A stretch of DNA of 47,374 nucleotides, filler included, from Sphacelaria rigidula (taxonomy: Eukaryota): NCBI GenBank assembly GCA_964200075.2. It is 2 parts of 2 records of this genome, joined end to end, with 100 filler letters (N's around TTAATTAATTAA, not from the genome) between each part and the next. Parts side by side here need not be neighbours in the genome. Positions count along the whole stretch, not along the records: positions 23,752 to 47,374 come from CAXNAA020000254.1; 1 more part is not named here. One strand, given 5' to 3'. The position numbers were made by a program, and so were the translations under genes. Position 1 is the first letter of the stretch, and every line of letters starts with the position of its first letter. This document shows, one piece after another, positions 37,031 to 47,374 of the stretch. Under the pieces are notes generated by a model. It had not been told where the DNA came from. It was given only the letters and a program-made list of their open reading frames with translations, and searched no databases.

Positions 37031-38796
37031 GATGTATGTGTGTATATATGCAGAATATGGCGCCGACGTTGAAGTCAGATATGATGTAGAACTTTTTGTT
37101 CTGTTTATTTGTCTACTGCGGCAAAGCGTGCATCAGCAGGTTTGTCGGCAGTTCACAGCCATATAGTTGTATTGGGCTGAGTCGGGAAACTGAAAATAAT
37201 GCTATCGTGTGTCGAAGGAACGCGCATTCTTAGGCTGGCCCAGCTCGTACATCTTCGAAACACTGTTGCTGTCCGTGCCGGATTCGATTGCAACATCGAA
37301 CGTGTGAATTCGAATTCGATTTTGATTGCCGTTTTTTCTTTTTTACAATTGTACGAAGAGACACCTTGAGACAAGACCCTCGATAGTGTTGGCATACTGT
37401 AGTACTGTAGTAGTGTACAGTACGACTAGTCTCGTAGTTCATGTGCTCTAGTGGAATGAAAACAAGGCTGCCGCGGTAGTGCGAGCGAATGCAAATTCCC
37501 GCCAATAAGAACTATAGGCAGATCCCTTATTGGAGATTGTGTATAGTTACCACACACCCGTCGGTGGACACCCCCATGGCCCTTGGGTCCTGAAGTTCAT
37601 GATGCGACCTGCGGAGGGCGGAGAGTGCTGAAGCCAGTGGGTAGTCGACTGCATACTAAGACCGAGTAGATTTACAAGTGGCACGGTTGCAGGCTACACT
37701 CCAAGCTGTGGGGGCAACTCCCATCAAATGTCACATTGAAAGTGGTTAGTGTTTGAACACACAAGGAGCAAGTGGTTTTTCGAACAACTCAAAACAAGGA
37801 CAGACACGTGACAGTGTAGTACGACGTACTGTATTGCGTGGACATGTTGCTTACACAAACACCGCCAGCAGCAGGAATCACCTTGAAGCACCACGAAGAA
37901 TTGGCCACGACACCCTCTTCCTCAGCCTTTCCAGTGGGGTTGTTGAAGCCTACTAGCTCACGTGTTTTTGATTCAGAAATAAAAAATGGAACCCACGCGC
38001 ATGTGTGGTTCATGTATGCCCACGCCTGAGTCATTTTCCGGCCGCCCTCCCAGTCAAGTGACGTTGATTGGGGAAAGGAGGGTAACCTCGGTCGACCCTC
38101 ACGTTCGAACATGTATGCGAGAAAACGCCTCACAGTACCGCCCGCTCAACCATAAAACCTCGCCTGCTGCAATCCTATCGATCAATATTCGAAACTCGAG
38201 AAGTCATTTTCGCGCCCACTTAGACTACAAGCGACGCCTGAAGTGTTGTCATCATCTGGAAGTTGGTGAGACTGCCGGAGGCCAGAACACGGGAGCAGAG
38301 GGTCGCAGGCGCCAAAATGGTTCACTCCCCGAGACTGAGCTCTTCCATGTGCCTTGCGTACCATACCGAACTGCATATCTAGAGAGACTGCCACGGTTCG
38401 AACCGAATTTGACCGAGGATTGTACACCTTTTGCCCATTGCGCGTATCAAACATAGCTTTGGAAGTTCCAATATTTCACAATAGTACACGACTTGAGTCA
38501 GGCGTACTCCTGCGTAGGGAGTTGGCGCCTGGTCACTGCTTCTTGATTACTTGGTAAGACAGCACAACCCAGAACGGCACATTTGAACAGGAGCTGAACG
38601 TGAGCTGCAAACCCGACCAACGTCATTATTTTGGCCGTGAAGAAATTCCTCTGCTCACGCGATATGTTGCACTTGCCAGGTCGTACGCTTTCCGAATTTA
38701 GGGGACACTTGCATGACAAGTGGTACTGCTAACACCCAATCGACGCCGTTTTATGGCAGAGGCGGAGGGGGCACCGAGATGTGTCGTATGTGTTGT

Positions 38797-38888
38797 ATGG
38801 AACATGCCACGCCCCGGCGGACAACGCCGCTGTTCGCGAGAAACAGTGGCAAAGCGTTGATTTTTCACGGTGAAACTGAGGCCGGGAG
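38797..38888 (+). CDS. TOM1-like gene, tentative first coding exon (MEHATPRRTTPLF...)
   Basis: ATG in an open frame ending in phase 2 at a weak GTTGCC donor. Phase matches the next exon. Other in-frame ATGs lie upstream. Confidence 0.35.
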
Positions 38889-41800
38889 GTTGCCGCACCA
38901 GCTGAATCCCGTCTGTGTATCGGTGTAATTCGCGATGTAGAGTGCATCTGTCGCTTAGAGTGTAATTCAGTTTCGCACCTCACAGAGTCGTTCTCGTACA
39001 GGCAAGACAGTCCACATGATGTTACCACTGCATCCTTTGTGTCCATCACAAAACTGTGCACTTTCTGGTTCAAGTGGTTGGATTTACCTGGAAACATTTT
39101 GACATCCTCCGTCGCCCCTGCGCTGCGCATCTACTTCGTCCCCAGGCCCACGTTGTGGAAGGTGGCGACCAGTCCCACCCCAGATCGCCTGTACTTGACG
39201 TGCACCATTATCGGGGCGTGTAACTTTATTATATTCTGCGTTGCGGTGTTGGCACTATTACGAGTGCTCCGCGCGGCAGCTAGAGATTTGTACAACAGCC
39301 CTCGCCGGCGTTTGCTAGAGCTTGACGACGGAATGGCTAGACGCAGACCGGGCAGGATATGCGCCCTGTGCCAAGCTTGTCGCCCGTGGACTACGCAGAA
39401 GGCCATGCTGGCGATGGTGGCGCTTGTCGCAGTACGTGAGTTGTGATTCTGTGTTTCGCTTGGGTTGTGCTGATGAGGCTTTGTAGTCATGGTCAGACAA
39501 CTTTTCAGCTACCGTGAGGCCAGGCTTTGCTCTTTTTCACAGTCAGTTGAGCTTTCTCGAGGGCGAAGGTGTTGTGCGCGTTGCCGTCTAGCTATCCTTG
39601 TGCCGAATATTTGGCGGAGTGCTGCGGGTTCACAATGGCTTGGACAAGGTGTTGCGTAGTGGTGCTATCATCTTGTATGGTACGTGTTATTTTTGCGCTG
39701 CGTAGCGTTTTTTTGTCGTGTTGCAGTGTTGGCCATGCCTCAGATGAGCTTTTTGACAAGCAGTGGAAATTGTGCAGCAGCGTCTAGCGCATTTTTGAAT
39801 AGCGTGAGTAATTTCTGTGCTCCGTTATCCTGCGTCCTAGCATGTAAAATGGTGGCAGTCTGCATCACCGCCCGATCTTGCCCTTTGCTATGCGTTTTTT
39901 CTCTGCTCCCCCCCCCAGTACGCATAGCGTGGGCCGTGCTGGCCTCTCATGCCTGGGACGCCGGGCACGGACTGGTCCGCGTTATGCTGCACAATTCCGT
40001 TCGGGTGATCTTTTACTCCCTCGGTTACTTCGAGTCCGCGGCGTCGTATACCCTTTTCACTATGGTGGCAAAATTTTGGGCTGAGCTGGCGTCGGCCGCT
40101 CGGCAGGGGACGATCGCCGCGCGCCCTTTGGGTGGGGGTGACGAGTACAGGTGATTGACTCTGCCTTTGCAGGTCTTTTTGGCAAGATGATGGTACTAGG
40201 GCCCATGAGGATTGGCTGGTGTGTTTCTGTTACATAAGTCGGGGAGAGCTGGACCGTCGTCTTGCAGTGCTGCGATGCGGTACACCACCCCACTTTTGGG
40301 TGCGTTTCTCCGCGTCCTTCAGCTGGGTTTCCCAAGCAGGGCGTTTCAATGTGCATTCCCCCCCGTCGTCGTCGTCGCACTCATCGATATCATTTCGCTT
40401 AGCGAAGTTCCGTCGGCAATTCATTCGAACGACGTCTACAATTCCGGTGTTGTCAGGCGTTTGAGCTACGGTAATACAACGTGGGTATCGGTCGAAGAGG
40501 TGTGTATGAGCACAATGAATATTGTGGGAAAGTGCGTGCACGACGTGAAGTCAGGAATTTTGATGGTACGTTCTAGTCAAGTGAATGTTCTCGGTACAGA
40601 TACGCTGGCTCTGAAATGTCATGATGCTGACCTTGTGCTTGTTCCTTGTGCGTGGAAAAATTATACCCAGACCTCGTGGAACTCCGCCGGTGATTTGGAA
40701 GATCGCGCGAGGTGTACAGCGCGTGTCCTGCGCGGTGGCGTATGCCGCTGCAGCCATAGCCACTCTACTAGCGTCAAGGATATGGTCGTATCACAACAGT
40801 GAGTTTCCGTCGACATATCCCTTGCTGCGCTACGGTGCAGCTGCGAGGAAGCGAGGCGTCTAAACAGCGGCGTTAACTGATGCGCTTGCGTAGAAGTGTG
40901 TGGTGGGCATGTTTTTTGTCGATAGGCACGAGTGAGACCATCCTATGAGCTTGCTCAATTAGCTTACGTGTGTGTTCCCATCTATTTTGGATGCCAGTAA
41001 AAACGGTAAACATAGTCAGTGATGATATCATGGTGCTTCAAAGTTGATCATATGCCGCTCTGTCTAGGTACGTCGCACTGCCAAACCTAATTTGCGGCTG
41101 TTGAATAGAATCATAGTGCTTGATCGTATGTGAAGTGCAGTGCAAGCTCCTGCTTGAGCATACATCCGCCATGGGTGCTATGACTATGATACCCCGCACG
41201 CTGTGCTTTGTGTTGTCGTTGTCGTCGTCGTTGTTGTTTCGGCAGGTGTGTACGTGAGCGTTCCGGTCGCATTTTTTGAGGCTTCAGCTTTCGTGCTAGC
41301 TGCTCTTGTTATGGTAACCTTCGCACACTACGCTGTCGCAGAGCTACGGTAAGCCATGCTGAAACGATGACCTTACGTGGTACAAAACGTGCTGGTGGTA
41401 GACACGGTGACGCATGCTCCTGATATGGCTAGACTAGCAAGATACCCACCGCCTGGCCTGGATAATTCGTATTTCCCAGCCTTGCTTGTTTGACGGAAGA
41501 GTGCGCAACATCATTCGGTTACACATGGCTACCTTTGTCTACGGATGTTTCACAGAAGTATGTAGTCGAGTATTGAAATAAGCGTGTTCCTAATGTCGGT
41601 GCAGAGTGGTTTATGGATTCCTTTATTGAATAATGGGTCCTGTACAACCTGACTTTCGTAATGCGATGAATATGTCCGTATATGGTCCTGTATTGTGTGT
41701 TGCTCTGCGTGCTATGTTTGTGTTTGGCTGCATGGGGTAGGCGACGTGAGGCAAGTCGCTGTCGTTGTCGACACGCAGTACAACAAACATAGTCGGCTGT

Positions 41801-44257
41801 CACCTTAACTAGATTTCACGCAACCTGTTTGTTGTTCATGTACTTCATGTGTCAAGCGGAAACGCACCTGTCTCCAGACCGTGTTATTTACGTGATCAGT
41901 TTCACTGTCTTCTCCAGCATTCCCTAACGTACCCAACTGCGTGTCTCTGTGCAGCCCAAACCTTCGATGTGTTGTTTTCATTCTGTTGTGCGGTGGTAGG
42001 CTGGTACCGATCGAACTGCCTACGAGGAGGCGTCGAGTGTACCGCATCACTGTGGTAACATCCGTATGCGCTGCTTGCCTTGTGCTTCGGGCGGGAGTGT
42101 TGCTGTGGGCGGCAGACAGGCTTTTCCCTGTTGACACCGATGTGAGTTGGTCCTGAACAACCTCATATATGCGCTGGAATGCGTGTAAAAGAAAACTACG
42201 AAAGGTCAGCGCGTGAGAGCTGTGAGTGTGTCATTCATCACTCCTCCCTGTGGCCTGTGGGTGAATATTCAAGATTTTTTTGTGCGGAACGGTTACGGTT
42301 CACTAGAATGATGCCACTTGAGCATTGACAGTGCACATATTGATTTCCCTGTTGTTGGTAAGTCCAGCACCATGTCTCATGTGATCGCACGGTTATCCCG
42401 TGTGCATGCCAGTAGTAGCGTATCGTACTGTGGCCACTGCACAGTGCAGCATACCCTACGTTACGGTACAATTTCTGAAAAGTCAGACTGAAGAGTACAC
42501 GGACCGAAAATTGAGCAACACCAAGCACGAGCGAGCTGCCATGCACCCGCGTACAATGAAAAGCAATTAACCGACACATTTACCTATTAATAGCGAAACA
42601 GAGCGGTGTACGGTGAAGCTGAGGTGTCGAGTTAGACATGTTCTTCCGCGACGTACTAGTCGTTGTTCAAGACCCACGGTAAAATGACGAAAGTCTCCCG
42701 TCCTGTGTCACATGATAGCTGGTGCATATACATGCACAGCATAGAGAACGTTGGAAAAACGCTCTTAGGAATCTGCAGGACGTACCTCTCGCTCCGAAGA
42801 CAGAAACATTGCCGTGCCAATGCAGCAGTCTGGTTAACGATCATGACACGTACAATACAACGGGTTCTCCCTTGAGGCCGGGTCGGCCTCAAGAACCTGT
42901 TCCTTTCAAGAGCGCCCAACCTCAAGTCGTGCTCCCGAAACCTTACCGGCCGTGAAAAGTGATCAGTCTTACACTGTACAAGGGTCGACCTTTGGAGGGG
43001 CCATCGACTCTAGTACATAATATATACCACACAGTGCAGCGCCATGGCGTACGCGTCTTTTCAATTCAACGGGATCATATATAAGCAGAATCCCTATGTA
43101 ACATACACGTTGAAACATGTACATGTATACATGCATATATGCATCCTTCCCGATATCCTAAATCATGTAGTCATCAATTTCGTCCCCAAGTGATACCCCA
43201 AGCTCGTAGATGGTCGAAAAACTGCTGTCGTGTCGTCTAGTAGAGCATACCACATCATTTCGTGTGAGGGTGACTTCGAAATATGAGGCAAGGTAGGTTA
43301 GGCGCTCTCGCATTGAGTTTCAGTTGCAGTGCTATCACCACCTGATTTCAAGGGCGTTTGGTGTCAAGACAACGCGGTTCACGCACCGCAGGCAATACGC
43401 AGGCCCACTATATGCACTATACACCCCTGGGTCACGAGCACCGTTGAATTCGTGCACACTGCCCACACGCCAAGACGTCACGAGTTTCTTTACCATTTTT
43501 TTATTACTTCAGTGCAAAGGCTTTGGATCGGCCTGTGCTCTGTGCCAGGAGTGCAGAGCAGTTGACGCTAGAGCTACTCCGCTGATTGTCAAATGTTTTC
43601 GGCGCATGTAGTTTCGGGTGTTGAGTCGGCGCCATGACGAGGGTTGAGAAACGGTAGCGATCTTGTTACCGAGGACTTGCAAGCTTGTGATCTTGACCTC
43701 ACAGCGAGTCGAAACCCTACAGTAAATATCACCGGATGAAGTACATATTCATTCGTTCAAGCATTTGAATACTCGACTTACGTCAACATGCAGAAGTTGT
43801 GGAACGTCCTCGTTGCCGCGTACGGCGACTGGTGATTTTTCCCAGAGCCATTCCTGCACCCCTGCCGCTGTGCGACTCCTGTATTACATAGTACGGTGCC
43901 AGGTGCAGAACTGGAGACAAATGAGACTGTTTCACGTCACCTGCAGTAACTCTATCCGCTCCTGCCCCCCCCCCCCATCCTTCACCTGCTCCACCCCACC
44001 GTGCGGCCGAAACGCATTAGGAGGAGGTACTGGGCGTTTTGGCCTACTTCGTGCTGCTCGAGGGTCTACCGTTGGCTGTAGTGCTCATGTACAACCGAAC
44101 CGCTCCGTTGTCGCCCTCTCGGCCGCTCAATGAACGAGCAACTGTCGGACGAAGGCGTTCTGCACCAGAAGAAGAGCCGCTCATGGGAGTGGCGAATGAC
44201 GATATTAATATGTTCCACAACCAATCACAGATTCCGACGGCTATCGTGCATCGATGA
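38797..44257 (+). CDS. THH1/TOM1/TOM3-domain (GPR137-like) seven-transmembrane protein, multi-exon gene
   Basis: Phase-consistent GT-AG exons 39146-39435, 39919-40150, 40671-40798, 41246-41348, 42000-42141, 44021-44257 (stop), plus a tentative first exon 38797-38888. The product has about seven hydrophobic segments. Family-like motifs occur in order: WTTQK, YTLFTMVAKFWAE, LRLVPIE...RRRRV...VTSVC..C..LR and YFVLLEGLP..VVLMYNR..P. These were recognised from memory of plant TOM1/TOM3, not by search. Confidence 0.85.
39146..39435 (+). CDS. TOM1-like gene exon (TM1, loop, WTTQK, start of TM2)
   Basis: CCCAG acceptor, GTGAGT donor. Hydrophobic IIGACNFIIFCVAVLALL followed by the WTTQK motif. Confidence 0.85.
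39919..40150 (+). CDS. TOM1-like gene exon (end of TM2, TM3 with FWAE)
   Basis: Poly-C CAG acceptor, GTGATT donor. Encodes RIAWAVL...SYTLFTMVAKFWAELASAAR. Confidence 0.87.
40671..40798 (+). CDS. TOM1-like gene exon (TM4)
   Basis: CAG acceptor, GTGAGT donor. Encodes VSCAVAYAAAAIATLLASRIW. Phases fit both neighbours. Confidence 0.75.
41246..41348 (+). CDS. TOM1-like gene exon (TM5)
   Basis: CAG acceptor, GTAAGC donor. Encodes VYVSVPVAFFEASAFVLAALVMVTFAHYAVAEL. Not in the ORF track. Confidence 0.8.
42000..42141 (+). CDS. TOM1-like gene exon (basic loop and TM6)
   Basis: TAG acceptor, GTGAGT donor. Encodes LVPIELPTRRRRVYRITVVTSVCAACLVLRAGVLLW. Confidence 0.87.
44021..44257 (+). CDS. TOM1-like gene terminal exon (TM7 and C-terminal tail)
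   Basis: TAG acceptor at 44018-44020. Encodes EEVLGVLAYFVLLEGLPLAVVLMYNRTAP... to the TGA stop. Confidence 0.85.
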   Translation, partial: EEVLGVLAYFVLLEGLPLAVVLMYNRTAPLSPSRPLNERATVGRRRSAPEEEPLMGVANDDINMFHNQSQIPTAIVHR

Positions 44258-44789
44258 TATTATTTACTGAGGTTGATTCGCGAGATCTCCAGTCATTCGT
44301 GTTGAGTGCTTGTTGAGTGCTTGTCGTATTTGCTATCGAGTTCGCGCCGAGTTTTGTCCCTCTGTGGGCTTTGCGGTTGTTTCCCTGTTTGCTTTTGTTC
44401 AGTGGGTGTAGGAAGACACCGCAATGTGCTGGGATGATGATGAAGTATGCTCGTGCCGGGTAAGGTTACTGTATACTTGGCTCTATGGGGAGCCTGGATG
44501 GCAGTTTATTGTTGATGAATGTTACCGTCATGATTGTTTTGACTGTTTTTGATTGTTTTTGATCGGGACTGGGTTGTTTCTACTCTTCTCGTTTCCTTTC
44601 GTTTTTCTCCCCTCCTCTGTCTCGTCTCACGTTTTTGCTCAGTGCACTTCTTTTGTGGTATTTTATTGTTTCTGTCTTTCCTCCTTCTCGAGACTCGTCA
44701 AGTGAGCGTTCCCTTTTTTGTTTATTAATACCCTTGGTACCTCTCTCCTCATACCATGGCTGAATCCCTACTGGATTGGTTAATGTGCC

Positions 44790-44940
44790 ACTATCGATCA
44801 ATTCAACCAAATCAATCAATTGACGCCCGATGCGTGATTGAGCTTGGAAGGGCAGGTTGAAACTGCTGATTGATTTAATTGATCTTATTGATCTGGTATC
44901 TGATTGGTTCGATTGATCTGATTTATTTGATTGGCTTGCG
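44790..44940. repeat. Degenerate (GATT/AATC)n low-complexity tract
   Basis: An AATC-rich block followed by a GATT-rich block. This explains the spurious ORF 44580..44948. Confidence 0.6.
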
Positions 44941-47330
44941 TGTCGCACATTGAGTGATCTCTAGGGGACCCATTATACGTGGCGTTCGTTGATGTATCGC
45001 CAGTACCGCCTGGGGGTACGCCTGGACAACTATTGGCCAATCATAGTTCGTGAATAGTTATTTTTATGAAAAGTCAGAAAGTTGCGAGCCATTTTCATCT
45101 CTCTTGGAAGCAAAGCATCTGCGGTTGTTTTCGATGGGGCTTGAGTGTTGTGCTCGCATTTTCCGTGAAGCAAAAACCGGAAACTCGTCCTGTGCAAAAG
45201 GGAAGAAGTTGATTGTCGTGATTTTCGGGTGCCTACTGTTGTGCGTTTTGCTTGTTAGCTGCTTTGTTTATGTTCTTCGCATAAATAAGTGGGGTCTTTT
45301 GTGTGGATTTCCGTGAAGAAGACTCGTCGGACTGAATTTTGGATAGTGCAAGAAAGTTGCCTTGCGGTTGTTACTTGTCGTGAAGCGAGGTGTTGTCCGT
45401 GTTCAACAAGTCGCTTGGTATTTCGGGCGCGAACATGCTTTCAATGAAGAGCGTTGGATGTGTTGAATATGTTGGATGTGCTGGATGTGCCATCACGACC
45501 GCGAGCGAAAAAAAATCACGTTCGATTTATTGAATACTGTGTTTCTTGTGGCTCATGTGTGGGCAGTTCGACGAAGTTCTGGGGACGTCATTTTTGCCGC
45601 ACAGCTGGCAGGTTGTTGGCAGTCTCGAACATTGAGTTGAAGTCGAAGGAACAGATTCCATGTGCACCCTCTGTCGCCCCTGATCGCAGAGGCAAACCGA
45701 CCTCAAGCCCAAATATCCTCCAGTTGGGTGGTTTGAACTTGATATGGACAGTATGTTTTTGTTTTCTTGTTGCTGACCGTGTCTGGAGAAAAAGATGCCG
45801 TGAAGACACAAGAAAGGGAGAAAATCGGATGCTGTTAGATGAGGGCGGCAGTGACAGGCGGTGAATGTTGACTCCTCAACCGCTATTTTAACAGCGATAG
45901 CGGGTTTTCCCGCCAGGGGGACCTGTTCCCTCGGTGATGGTTATTGTTTCATTATTTTTTTTCTTGTCTTGATCGCACCCTCCACGGGTCGTCATATTTT
46001 ATCTTTCGCCAACATTCGTCGTCATCACGATGTACGAAGTGCGCGCAAACACAAGACAATTTCGGCCTTGTTTGTCGTTGAGATATCTTACCGAAACTCG
46101 CTCAACGCAAATGCGGCTCTTTGTATGACATGGTTCTTCCACACACAGCATAAGACGCACTACGGCCCTTAGTTTTATCGTATGCCATGAGCACTTTGAT
46201 TATGAGGAGGAGGAGGAGGAGGATGGTGATCGTGATGATGATAACTATATCGGGAGTAAAGACGAAAAGTTGGAAGAGTGTACCGTGAAAAGTCGACACC
46301 TGGCTCGTGCAATAAAAATGATACTATCCCATACTAGTTCACCTGTATCATGTTGCAATTCGACTTGTTGACCGTTTGACCGCGAAGCAGTCCAGTGCCA
46401 GTGTATCATTCTCATCACGATTATCGAGTCGTGACGATCGACTGCCGTTCCTCCTGAAGCGAGATCCCAAACGCTTCCTGGTTAGGGGCCTCGGACTCTG
46501 AATGAAGCTTGCGAAGCGTTATTTTTTGTGTAGGAGCTGGACCGGCCAACATTTATATTTTTTTCAAGACAGGTGACGCGGGGCTGAATTTGAGACGTTG
46601 GACGCTGAAAGTTTGACGGATTATTTTCATCAAGACGCGAAACATGGTACGGGATACGAATAAACAATACATGGAAAGTTAGGCGATCCGAAAATTTGGC
46701 AAAAAACGGCAGAATCCCATAACTCTTGCGAAAAGAACAGAAGACGGGCGTGTTCCGCAACACGAAGCTTTCACTTGCACACAGAAGAGTTCGGCTAAGA
46801 ACCAGGGGTCGGTCGGGAGAAGGTTTGCGGACACGGAACCCCCCCCCTGCCGGAGGGCAAGTTTTTTCTATCATTGTCATGATTTTGTTCTTGTTCAAAT
46901 ATTGCCGGAAGAAATTAATCAAGGAACACTGACAAGAAACGAAAAGTCTGGTGGGCTTTGCGAGGTTCGTGAGTACATTTGCTTCTGCTCCTTGCCCGCT
47001 CTGTCCCGATGACCTCGGATCCCGGCCACGCTCACACACTACATGTATGCACACGAGCGCACGATAGCGACAGCCTGTAGCCAAAGTAGCAACAATATAT
47101 CACGCCTCACCTTGCCCGGACTACTGGTAGGTGCTCGAGGCACACCACACGGAACATGATCCCATAAGTATGGTCATGGTAAGTGATGAGCTTGGGGGAG
47201 GCGGCGTGTCCGCCATCTCAGTGGTGTCCATGCCAAGAATCTCTACACACGGCAGCAGTTATTGACCATATCCATCAACGTCTCGGCTATAAACTAGGGC
47301 ACAGCAGGCTGGGTGTCCCCCTCCTTATTA

Positions 47331-47352
47331 CCCCCCCCCCCCCCCCCCCCCC
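47331..47352 (+). repeat. Poly-C tract at the contig end
   Basis: Run of about 22 C. Confidence 0.9.
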
Positions 47353-47374
47353 GGCCCCGCCCCGCTGCAACCAC

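Noticed and set aside
40212..40660. ORF 40212..40802 as an extra TOM1-like exon
   Set aside because: Exon 39919-40150 joins 40671 directly in phase. The intervening frame adds no TM segment or family motif.
46482..47084. 200-aa minus-strand ORF
   Set aside because: No domain or splice support. The region looks like a non-coding transposon remnant.

Overview
Eukaryotic, intron-rich genomic DNA, most likely a brown alga (Phaeophyceae). That assignment is inferred from splice-site style, intron sizes and the SINE/MITE families; it was not checked by search. The window is not one locus: two contigs of almost equal length (1-23651 and 23752-47374) are joined by an artificial 100-nt linker (N44-TTAATTAATTAA-N44). 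Contig 1 is mostly degenerate transposon-derived DNA: tRNA-derived SINEs, several MITE-like families, a nested insertion and a diverged ~94-bp tandem array. It ends in a + strand RBBP6/Mpe1-like gene (RGG-rich linker, CCHC zinc knuckle, RING) that is cut off at the contig end. Contig 2 holds a ~240-nt CAG/CTG-containing fold-back, a minus-strand RING exon, several candidate exons of an unidentified minus-strand gene and a frameshifted intronless coding relic. It also carries a phase-consistent multi-exon + strand gene for a THH1/TOM1/TOM3 (GPR137-like) seven-transmembrane protein. Most ORFs in the six-frame track are spurious. I see no supportable evidence of a novel multi-gene system. The best leads are the TOM1-like protein, the 94-bp array, the long hairpin and the intronless relic.
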